A stretch of 63,931 nt of DNA, counting the filler, from Octopus bimaculoides (Eukaryota), in NCBI RefSeq assembly GCF_001194135.2. It is 5 parts of 5 records of this genome, joined end to end, with 100 filler letters (N's around TTAATTAATTAA, not from the genome) between each part and the next. Parts side by side here need not be neighbours in the genome. Positions count along the whole stretch, not along the records: positions 32,099 to 56,591 come from NC_068985.1; positions 56,692 to 60,977 come from NC_068984.1; positions 61,078 to 63,931 come from NC_068983.1; 2 more parts are not named here. One strand, 5' to 3'. A program made the translations under genes and the position numbers. Shown piece by piece: positions 54,002 to 63,931 of this stretch (position 1 is the stretch's first letter; the number at the start of each line of letters is the position of its first letter). The notes beneath the pieces were generated by a model. It did no database searches. It had not been told where the DNA came from and saw only the letters and a list, made by a program, of their open reading frames with translations.

Positions 54002-54121
54002 AATAGTGTATTATGATATGAGTTTCATTTATTCCTTCGGCATCTAAGTTTCTTATTAACCCTCTATAACTCGTCTAACATTTCCTTATGAAGCATACGC
54101 AAATTGAGTTCTACTCCAGGT

Positions 54122-54460
54122 GAAGATCATTAGCTCAGTGGTTACAGCGTTGGGCTCATAATCATTAGGCAGGCAGTTTCATACCCGTATCGGGTTGAGT
54201 GTCGAGTCCTTGAGTAAGACACTTTATTTCACGTTGCTCCTGTTCTCTCGTCTGTAGAAAGGAGCTGTGATGGCACTGGTCCCAAGCTATTTGGGGCTTT
54301 GCCTTTCTGTTGAACATCAGTGGCGTGGAAAAGGAAGTCTGGTATGAATGGGTGACTACTGGTTACCCATAAACCACCTTACCTGGAATTGTGCCTCGGG
54401 GCGTAATTTTCCAGTTCCAATCCCATGATCATATACGACTGAAGGGGGTTTGACACTTTT
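54122..54460 (+). mobile_element. SINE family E, tRNA-headed
   Basis: A-box-like tagctcagtgg; central gtccttgagtaagacactttatttcacgttgctcc typical of SINE core domains; single copy in this window. Confidence 0.65.
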
Positions 54461-55506
54461 ACTCCAAGGTATTGGGCTCTGTCTCACAATGCCTGAGAAA
54501 AATATCAAAAAACTCACACACATATAAAGTACTGTTCCGTGATAGAAAATTCAATAAAAAAAGTACGAATTTACGTGTGAAATTTTTTATGTAGGCATGT
54601 TTCTACACAATGACAATAATACACCCACGTGCCATATATTCTATTTACACAGCCCTGCCATTCGGTCCGTAATATATTGTAAACATCCGTTGTCATAAAA
54701 TAAACTATCTCTTTATCAAAAGATATGATAGAAATAATAAACCTGAAAGAGAGTATTAAGCCAAAAATCCAGTTATAAACGTTATAAAAATGAGATTTTT
54801 ATATAGCCTGCTACCTCACCACAAAACATACCAAGTTTTTATATCCTATCTGCTTTCAATGATTAGTATGAGCGAGCATAATAGCTAATAATCTAGGTAT
54901 AGTAATTTTTTTAGACATCTCTCACTTTCTAAATAAAGCACAGGATTTCTTTTGTCCTGTTGAATGCGCAATGAAAACTTCTATAGCTTCTAACAGATCA
55001 AAAGAAATAAAACAAAATTTAAACGATTAAATACAAATCATTTACTTTGAAATTTACAGAAGTTTAGTTTAAAATATTTAAGCCAAGTTTTTATACACTT
55101 CTACACTTCTCTCAGATGGAAAATCTAATAAAAGTTCACTGGAACTTGGTATGGAGACTGAACTATAAACATATTTCGACATTCGTTATGCTGATAAATA
55201 ACATATATTTACTTTGCGTCTATCACATATACTGAAGCTAACAATATTGTGCACTTTTGCCTGGTTAAATATCCTAAATCTGCTTCACCTACACATTAAA
55301 TGCAATTCGGATCGAGGATCACATCGAAAATTTCTATTTTGAAACATTCTCTAGAAATAATTTGATAATATATTAAAAGTAACATAACAAAACTATTTAC
55401 ACCTTTTCATAATTTTAAAACAACTCCATATTTGAATTCTATCCTAGATGCTGAGCATAAATTCTTAGTCTTGAATCTAATTGTTATATAAATAAATTCA
55501 CTTCTA

Positions 55507-55715
55507 AAGCGGGTCGCTGGCAGAAACCTTAGCATGCCGTGCGAAATGCTTAGCCGTATTTCGTCTGTCTTTACACTCCGAGTTCCAATTCGGCCGAGGT
55601 CGACTTTGCCTTTCATCCTTTTGTGGTCGATAAATTAACTTTCAGTCACGTGCTGAGGTCGATGTGATCGACTGGCTGAACGGTGTCTGGCCTAGTGGTC
55701 AGAGTAGAATAGAAC
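55507..55715 (+). mobile_element. SINE family C (tail variant 3) with a 15-bp TSD
   Basis: TSD ATAAATTCACTTCTA at 55492-55506 and 55716-55730. Confidence 0.9.
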
Positions 55716-56039
55716 ATAAATTCACTTCTATCCTAACTTTCGGAAATTTTGGACAGAATTCCAGTTTTGCACCTTGCTGGTATGAAATAATTATCTGTTA
55801 ATAATGTAACACATTTTATTATTCTATCTGCACTGTATTAACCGAGTTTCTGTCAACCAAATATATTCTATTTATTAGTGTCAAAATGTCTCGTTCCCAA
55901 AATTTTGTCGTTCAACATATATTTCTTCGATAATAAAGTAGACTATCATTAGCAATATAACATGTATTCGAATACAATCAAGATTCTGCAGATGTATTTA
56001 TACTCAGTTTTGTACATCAACAATTTCCACTCTAGTCCT

Positions 56040-56157
56040 TTTCAACTTTAGGCACAAGGCTCGACCTCGGTTGAATTTGAACTCCGAAAGTAAAGACAGA
56101 CGAAATACCGCTAAGCATTACGCCCGGTGTGTTGACGTTTCTATCAGCTCGTTGCCT
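56040..56157 (-). mobile_element. SINE family C, internally deleted
   Basis: Head reverse complement gcgagctgatagaaacgtcaacacaccgggcgtaatgcttagcggtatttcgtctg is joined directly to the cttgtgcctaaagttgaaa tail. Confidence 0.75.
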
Positions 56158-56691
56158 TGTTCTGTGTTGGTATTACAGCCATACTGAAATGCAAGCAATA
56201 TCAACGAACGGCAATATCAAGAAACGGCTCGCTTTTACAGTAGTTGCATGTAATTGAACCACATTAATTAGCGATTCCAATATTTACGGCTAATCTATTT
56301 GTATATTTTCATCTATAATACATGCGTCCCTTCATGAGTGTTTTGTAACTTAATGAACTGGTATATTAATCGGAAACCTGTTCTACTATCGAACGGTTTC
56401 ACTGAGAAGCAAGAGGAAAAGAACTGCATATGCATACGTGTGTCTCTGTCTATTATGTATTTACCTATATATATAAAACGGTATATCTGTGACTGCGTAC
56501 GCGATGTTTTATTAGCATATATATATTTACACATATGCTTGTACACATTTATACCTATATATATTATATATGTATATATATATATATATATNNNNNNNNN
56601 NNNNNNNNNNNNNNNNNNNNNNNNNNNNNNNNNNNTTAATTAATTAANNNNNNNNNNNNNNNNNNNNNNNNNNNNNNNNNNNNNNNNNNNN

Positions 56692-56895
56692 GGGTCTACG
56701 TTTGTCCCTCATCACCACTTGACAACCAGTGTTGGTGCGTTTAAGTTCTCGTAACCTAGCGGTTCAGCAAAACAGATCGATAGAGTAAGTACTAGGCTTA
56801 CAAAGAATAAATACTGGGGGTTGATTTGCTCGACTAAAGGCAGTGCTCCAGCATGGCCACAGTCAAATGACTGAAACAAGTAAAAGAATAAAAGA
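56692..56895 (+). mobile_element. SINE family A, 3' half (after a gap)
   Basis: cttgacaaccagtgttggtg..ggcagtgctccagcatggccacagtcaaatgactgaaacaagtaaaag. Confidence 0.88.
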
Positions 56896-56951
56896 AGATA
56901 TATGCTACATACACCGCTGGATAATGCACACACTGACACACTACACGAAGG

Positions 56952-56995
<44 letters not shown>

Positions 56996-57473
56996 GCGTG
57001 TGCGTGTGTGCGTTTCAGTTGAACTTCCCAGGCTATTATTACGTGAAACATGTTCTCTGGAAGTTAATTTCTTTTTCTTAACTGACAAGATGAGTTCAAG
57101 TCTTCAAACCTTGTCACCGTTCACTGTTCTGTCGTCTTGGTATGATGTGTCATGGCTGTCTGGCTGTTGTTACAACTTCGTTTATAATTATACCGAGTGA
57201 TACACAGATAGACGAGGCGACGGGTGGAGTGGTTGGGAGACGTTTATTTTGACTGTCACAGGAACAAAAAAAAAGAGAACAAAAATTGCCCAGTTTGTTT
57301 TTGCTCAAAAGTGTAATAATGTAAGACACGTTGAATTGGAGGTTCAGACGTTGTTAATCGATGGACAGAGTTGAATGATTGCCGAGAGAAGTCAACAGTA
57401 ATTGGTTTGTTTCAGTTATGGGGGATCGGTGTGAGACAAAAAATTTTAGACAGACAGACAAAAGGGCAATGTG

Positions 57474-57539
<66 letters not shown>

Positions 57540-57859
57540 TTAAAGGCAGTGAGAGAATGGCAGATAATTGTTGCGTTTGAAACCTTCGAAGTGTACGAAT
57601 GCTAGAACTCTGAGTTTCTCATGACTTTCCACCAAAACTCCAAACACATAATAGAGTCATATCTATTCCCTAAAGATTAGACATCTCCCTTTACTCCTGA
57701 TAAGCTGTCCACGCTCAAAAAATACTTCAAACATACCAACCTACATTGGGGTGGAACTTCCCTATCTGGGAAGAAGATTCTGCTGTTAAATTCAATAGTG
57801 ACGACCACATTCAAAAGAAAAAAAAGATCTCTCTTAACATCCTGCTGGCGACTTGATCA

Positions 57860-58720
57860 TTTGTTGTTTCTTCCCGCCTTTACATACTTATGGCGGGCCA
57901 TTAATATCGAAGTGTTTGATCCAAATGTTTTTCATAATACATTAACTATTATCAGCTTATGGTTTGCTGTAACGCATTTTGTGTTTCGCTTTATGGGATT
58001 TTTTATTCTTTGTTCGTCTATTCTATACCTGGCGTACAGTTAATTCATTTGCTACATTTTTTGAGTACCATGTATATTTTTAATAGGATAATGCCTAATG
58101 TAGTTATTGCATTGGTATTTCACTCTATATTCCTCAATAACTTGGTCTTCTTGAAATATGCGTTGTCAATTAGTATTTGTTTTTTCTAAATCCTTTCCTC
58201 AGTAATGATGTTACCACTGACATTTTCCGGTTATACGGACATTCGTTATCACACTGCAGATATATGTATTTGTTTGTGTATTTTTTTGTGTGTAAACTAA
58301 TGTATCGATTGTTTTTAATCTGAATTTTACGTCTAGAAACAGTCGTTTTCTCACTCTTCTTTTAACCTCTTCCAATGTGTCTGTTACAAATATATTATCT
58401 GCATATGTAATGTACATTATATATCTACGTTTAGTTATCATTTTGTCTTCTACTATAGATAGATAGAACATGGCGAATGAGGGTGCAAGAGATGACCCCA
58501 TAGTTATTCTGTCTTTTCTTTAAATAGCTTCCTATGTGGGCGGCAGAAGGAGCCTTCAGTTTTACAAGTTACATGTAACTTTTTTTAAACAATATTTTTG
58601 CTGATATAATTGGTGGTTTATTTTGGGTTGTTTGTATGCATTATCTAATACAATATCTATAGTTTCTATTACTGGAACGTTAGTAAAAAGACTAAATTCT
58701 GAATTTAGAACTTCTCAAAA
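57860..58720 (-). mobile_element. Penelope-like element RT fragment, decayed
   Basis: Minus strand reads LFTNVPVIETIDIVLDNAY, MGSSLAPSFAMFYLSIVEDKMI..YITYADNIFV and FLDVKF; these correspond to the PLE RT motifs SLFTNVP, G.AMGS.L.P..AN, RYVDD and FLD. Confidence 0.85.
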
Positions 58721-59129
58721 CAAGACGCCAATATCTATGCGTTATCTAAGCTTAATACGATTATCTGTGAAGAAAAACAGCCTATATCAATGAAAATAAT
58801 CTCCACAAACCATGAATCCAGAAACATTTTCCACTTTACTAGAATGAAGGACAACTCAGAATAACGAAACTAAGATATAAAAATCTACAAACAAGAATAA
58901 CAAATATGTATTCCCATCATCAGCTGCCAAATAAATATCACTCTCGTTTCGACACCTGAGCAATAACATTCAATCCAGCAGTATCAACAGCGTTAAAAAG
59001 CACAAACGCCGCTTGGGAATCAATAGTAATCTGCAGAAGCAAAGCATTAGCATAGTATACTCGTTATACTAGCACCTGCTTGTTACTACCAGAAATAACA
59101 TCAAAGTAAACAATTACTTTTGACTTGTG

Positions 59130-59165
<36 letters not shown>

Positions 59166-59231
59166 NNNNNNNNNNNNNNNNNNNNNNNNNNNNNNNNNNN
59201 NNNNNNNNNNNNNNNNNNNNNNNNNNNNNTA

Positions 59232-59455
59232 TATATCATCGTTTTACGTCGGCTTTCCATGCTGGCATGGGTTGGATGGTTTGACTGAGGACTGGTGAGC
59301 GAGAGGCTGCACCAAGCTCAATCTGATCTGGCAAAGTTTCTACGACTGGATGTCCTTCCTAACGCCAACCACTCCGAGAGTGTAGTGGGTGTTTTTACGT
59401 GCTACCTGCACGAGAGCCAGTCCGGCGGCACTGGCAACGACCACGCTCGAATAAT
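59232..59455 (-). mobile_element. SINE or LINE-tail family G fragment
   Basis: Reverse complement ggcgttaggaaggacatccag..ccaacccatgccagcatggaaagccgacgtaaaacgatgat has a typical retroposon 3' end. Confidence 0.6.
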
Positions 59456-59461
59456 GTAACA

Positions 59462-59810
59462 TCTGAAGTGAGGACTAGGTGTTGCATTATCTTGGAGTCC
59501 AAGGGTCCTCAGCTCTTCAATGATCTGTCAAAAGAATGAAGGAACTTTCACAATGTGGATGTGGAAGTCTTGAAAAAGTAATTAGGTATTCACCGGTCTA
59601 TGATACCAGGTGAACCAACAGCCAGCATTAAGTACAGACGAGGGGTACTGTCATGTGAAACGTCTTCATACGCCAAATGAGCCGACGACCAGGGAAAAGC
59701 ACATGCAAGAATAGTCATATGAAATTCCGTCACCCAAAGGAAGTGAACTACATAAGAGGGCTGAGGAAAGCGTACAAAGTTATGGTGGTACTCCAGCATG
59801 ACCGCAGGTG
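59462..59810 (+). mobile_element. CR1-like LINE 3' end (ORF2 C-terminus plus UTR)
   Basis: VRTRCCIILESKGPQLFNDLSKE*RNFHNVDVEVLKK*LGIHRSMIPGEP resembles the GP.LFN.LP...R..FK.KLD..L..IPDEP motif; terminal ggtggtactccagcatgaccgcag. Confidence 0.65.
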
Positions 59811-59820
59811 CATGGTGGCG

Positions 59821-59863
<43 letters not shown>

Positions 59864-60806
59864 CACACACGCACACTGTTAGTATTTTGTAAACAGACGA
59901 AATATAGAGACAACCAATGAATGTGGTAAAGATAGGAGAAAAAGAAACGGGAAGAGAGAGAGAGAGAGAGAGAAAGTTGTATATATTGAAAAGAAAATAG
60001 ATAACTCGACAATATTCTATAGAAAAACAAAACTAAACTGGGATAGGTAGGTAGGTAGGTAGGTAGGTAGGTAGGTAGGTAGATAAGATGGACTGAATGT
60101 TGGATAAATATGTAGCGAAGTAAGAATGTAAAATAAATGGTTTGATATTGAGCTGACGGAAATGAAGTAAAAATAGAGGAGTCGATTGAATGGTGTATCA
60201 CTTGTGAATGGTTGTTATTTTAGATGATGGCTGTGTGAAGAGGTTGTTTGCTAGCCAGCAGTTTTGTTTGACAACACTCGCTTCACATAATAAAACTTAC
60301 AATGTTACAAATGGTCGACAACATTAAGAGTAGAGTCTAGCAAGCGGAAGACATGACAGTTGAACAATGAGGTTATTTCACTCCTTACACCACCACTACC
60401 ACAACCACCACCACCACCACNNNNNNNNNNACCACCACCACCACCACACTTTCTATACACTTGCAGAGAGATCAACACATCTATATATGGACGCATACAT
60501 AATTATTCATACACATACATACATAATTATTCATACACATAAATATACACAGACATACACAAACACACTTTAGGCACAGAATTATGTACATAACTGTGTA
60601 TGGATGGAATATCCATAGGCATACGTTCAAATATTGATTCGGTCGATCATACTGGAGCATATGACCTTCAATTTACATATTGAACACACATGGCTAATAC
60701 ATATACATACATACATGCATGCATACATATATACATACATGTATATTCGCTAACCACTACACTTTTTGTTCTCTGCTTGTTTCTCTCCTTGTTTCTTTCT
60801 GTGTTC

Positions 60807-60842
60807 CTTTCTGTAGAAGAGCGTAGGCTCGAAACGTTAAAG
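60807..60842 (+). ncRNA. Second minimal hammerhead-like motif with a variant core (CUGUAGA), within a probable PLE terminal repeat
   Basis: cttt-CTGTAGA-a-gagc-gtag-gctc-GAAAC-GTT-aaag: stems I and II are perfect and helix III is the palindrome ACGT. Confidence 0.4.
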
Positions 60843-60898
60843 ACTTTTTCAATTCCCGAGCGTTATACTAATACATCTATGTATATATATATATATAC

Positions 60899-60931
<33 letters not shown>

Positions 60932-60932
60932 C

Positions 60933-60977
<45 letters not shown>

Positions 60978-61077
60978 NNNNNNNNNNNNNNNNNNNNNNN
61001 NNNNNNNNNNNNNNNNNNNNNTTAATTAATTAANNNNNNNNNNNNNNNNNNNNNNNNNNNNNNNNNNNNNNNNNNNN

Positions 61078-61130
<53 letters not shown>

Positions 61131-61439
61131 TATATACATAAAACAAAGATGAAGTGTTGTTTGAAGCCAGTAACTGATAATTGCTCGGTGAATGCAGATA
61201 AGTCATTGGAGTGCTTGGACAAGGACAAACACTACAGTGTCCTACAGACCCCTGCATCAGTTCCAGCTTCTGGCCAGCAAGTGTTAAAGTAGCCTCGTGC
61301 CTTTGAAAAGCATGGTCTATGATGGACGAGGACTTGTCTGTGGCTTTCTGCATGGTCAAAGGTAATCCAAGCAGGAAAGTCTGAGTGCTGGGAGAGATGA
61401 TTAGTGATTATGGAGTGCTGAACTTTGGTGTACGTGATC

Positions 61440-61910
61440 TGATTGAAAGACCTACAGTTCAGGTGAAAGAATCCTGGAGGAGAAGAGCTATCCGTGAACT
61501 TTGAAAAGACGCAAGAAGGTTAAGAGCAGTATTGTGAGTAGGTCCTTGAGGTAGCACGGATGTGGTATCCCTATACCCATCGATTGACATAGATTTTGCC
61601 TTGGAAAAGTGCATGGAGATAATCAGCGAGAGAAAAGTGGAGTTCTGCAATGTCAACACAGAAGAACTGGGCCTCCTACTTAGACTGATATATGACAATG
61701 AATATCTAGACAAACATGACCTTAGAAGTTTCTGCCCCAGTAGACGTTTAAGAGGTAGACCACCCAAAATTACATCTATGAGATGGAGTGGATGGACCAG
61801 AGCCATACGGACTTCCGAAAATGAATATCAAGTAAAGAAAATGATTGCACATGCACTATGAGCTAGTATAAGAGTTACCCTAAAAGGCCACAACTGCATG
61901 CACAATGTTT
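61440..61910 (+). mobile_element. Penelope-like element RT fragment (different lineage from 57860-58720)
   Basis: STDVVSLYPSIDIDFALEKCMEII..RRLRGRPPKIT..KKMIAHAL, with the RT motif S.DV.SLYPSI. Confidence 0.75.
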
Positions 61911-62205
61911 TTGATAGAGGGGGAAGTGGAAATAGTGTATTTAAATGGATGGGGTGCAAAAAATTTTAAACAGATAATGTTGTAGGGAGATTGTAGAAAT
62001 ACCGTAAAGACAAAGATATTTACAAACAACAAAACTGAAATACACTGAGGTCAATTTTTAGGCAGATGTGGCAAAACTGAATTTAAACACACTGGGTGAA
62101 CAAAAATTAAAAATAACTAAATTATTTTTCAGGGAGAACATACAAAAACTGTAACAACAGAGATTTTTAGGCACGACTAATTGAAATACATGGAAGACAA
62201 TTTGT

Positions 62206-63207
62206 GGATCTTTCTGAATTGACGTGTGCCACTTGTTTTCTGAATGAAACACTTTCAAACTAGGGATACTGGTAGAATGTTATTTCTTTACTACCCACAA
62301 GGGGCTACACACAGAGTACCCAAACAAGCACAGACAAACGGATTAAGTCGATTATACCGACCCCAGTGCGTAACTGGTACTTATTTAATCGACCCCAAAA
62401 GGATGAAAGGCAAAGTCGACCTCGGTGGAATTTGAACTCAGAACGTAGTGGCAGACGAAATACCGCTAAGCATTTCGCCCAGCGTGCTAACGTTCCTGCC
62501 AGCTCGCCGCCTTACTGGTAGAATGTGTCATATAAAACATCCTTTTCTCTTAGCCTTCTTAACAAAACTTTCTATATTGCAAGTTATTTCATGTTAAAGT
62601 TGTCGTATTTCTGTAATTTCAACCAATCACTGACGTCTATTCAGCTGAATACAGTTACTGCTGTTTTTGTAAAAATAATTTTTGCCGGTGTCAAGATCAT
62701 TATTTCCTGGTAATTATATCGTTATTCCCTAGTAAGGGTTTAGAGTTTTAGGGTTAGGGTTATGAGTTAGGTTATGGCAAAAATAATCATAACCCTAACC
62801 CTAAATCTAAGCCTAACCCTAACTCTAAAACCCGAACCCTAACCCTAAAACCCTAAAGCTAAAACCAGTACAAGCGCACGAACAATGTTATAAATAACAG
62901 TACCGCCGATAGTTGTTGTTGACAAACAACGGCACTAATTTTATTCAAGGGAAAAGATCCCATTACACCACACAACATTTTGTTTACAATCCATTGCAGT
63001 AATTGTGTTCACCTCAATAGACGTCAGTGATTGGTTGAAATTACCAAAATACAACAATTTTTTACATGAAATAACTTCAAATACAAAAATTTCTATCTGT
63101 TCTATAACACAAAATAAACAAGTATACGAAGTTTGAAAGTGTTTCGGTAGAAAACACACTAAATAAAACATAAATAAAAGGTGGCGCCCATCAATTCAGA
63201 AAGATCC
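62206..63207. mobile_element. Merlin-like MITE, copy 2 (opposite orientation to copy 1; carries a nested SINE)
   Basis: TIRs GGATCTTTCTGAATTGA..GCCAC and reverse complement; perfect 8-bp TSD CAATTTGT at 62198-62205 and 63208-63215; arms align with 14292-14890; internal TTAGGG and CCCTAA arrays. Confidence 0.88.
62281..62512 (-). mobile_element. SINE family C (tail variant 2), nested in the MITE, with a 14-bp TSD
   Basis: TSD TACTGGTAGAATGT at 62267-62280 and 62513-62526. Confidence 0.92.
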
Positions 63208-63379
63208 CAATTTGTAGACAGAAGTTAGTAAGTGTGTGAGTGAGTTAGAGAAAGAGAGAGAGAGAATGGAAGAAACAAACATAGACTAAAAGAGAGGAAC
63301 TATTACAGAGGGTGAGAGAGAATAAGTGTAAGCAACAGAAACAGAGAAAGAGAAAAAGTGAGAGGAGAAAAGGGAGAGA

Positions 63380-63590
63380 ATCAGTTGAAAACTGCAGAAG
63401 TTTTTCAAGAAAAACTCATGTAAAACACCGTCTTTCCTGGTTTCTTGCTTTACATGGGAGCTCTGGGCAAAATGTTATAGTGCATGAGCATTCTTGGCAC
63501 ATAAGTAATATGTGTGCAAAGTTTGGTGAAAATCGGTTGAAAACTGCAGAAATGCATAAATACTACACACACACATCTTTATTTTTTTCC
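63380..63590 (+). mobile_element. Possible DINE-1/HINE-like 3' end
   Basis: aagtttggtgaaaatcggttgaaaactgcagaaatgcataaa followed by a (CA) tract; gttgaaaactgcagaa is duplicated. Confidence 0.4.
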
Positions 63591-63599
63591 TTTTCTTCC

Positions 63600-63931
63600 T
63601 TGGCTATCGCCGAGCAAACACGCGAACTACTTCGTCCCTTTCAAGTTCGTGCCTCACAGCGTTCATACACACATAATTTTTCTCGTCTGGCCGTAAAGCC
63701 TTTTCTGTTTGTTTTCCTGTCTTGTTTTTTGTCCGCCACTACATTCCTCCATGGCAAGATTTAATTTGTGTATACAAATTTAATTTGTGGTCCATGGGAA
63801 GAGCCGTTTTAACGATGCGTCCTGCCCAGCTCTTCGAAACGCCGGTGTTAAAACGGGGGTAGCTGATGAAGTAGAATGTTCTCTATGTGGCTTGTGTGTT
63901 TTCTCGTCTACGTTTTGTTTGCAATGTCCTG
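63600..63931 (+). mobile_element. Probable PLE 3' terminal repeat region (runs off the window end)
   Basis: 10-bp stem ccgttttaac/gttaaaacgg encloses GAAAC-GCCGGT-GT; a CTGATGA follows at 63863. Confidence 0.35.

Noticed and set aside
54596-55148. Several small plus-strand exon candidates with good GT/AG signals
   Set aside because: They could not be chained in consistent phase without stop codons.
62170-62225. Apparent RT YxDD-like motif LKYMEDNLWIF
   Set aside because: The reading crosses the TSD/TIR junction of the MITE inserted at 62206, so it is a chimeric artefact.

Overview
AT-rich, microsatellite-dense animal genomic DNA with many assembly gaps. The repeat families suggest an octopod cephalopod (inference, not verifiable without a search). 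No intact long CDS is visible, and most listed ORFs are artefacts of microsatellites or N runs. The window is mainly a transposon graveyard: several tRNA-headed SINE families, R4/Dong-type RLE retrotransposon fragments (including a head-to-tail trio joined by (TAA)n), at least four Penelope-like element (PLE) fragments, RTE, CR1-like and L1/Tx1 LINE fragments, mariner remnants, a Helitron helicase remnant, a HINE-like element, and two Merlin-like MITEs with intact 8-bp TSDs and internal telomeric hexamers. The most interesting signal is a tRNA-headed SINE whose tail carries a minimal hammerhead-ribozyme-like motif and which occurs twice in an inverted, PLE-like arrangement; it is a candidate PLE-mobilised, ribozyme-bearing SINE. 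Two low-confidence spliced exon chains are also proposed. One, at ~51 kb on the minus strand, encodes ITIM/ITSM-like tyrosine motifs. Boundaries of decayed elements are approximate.
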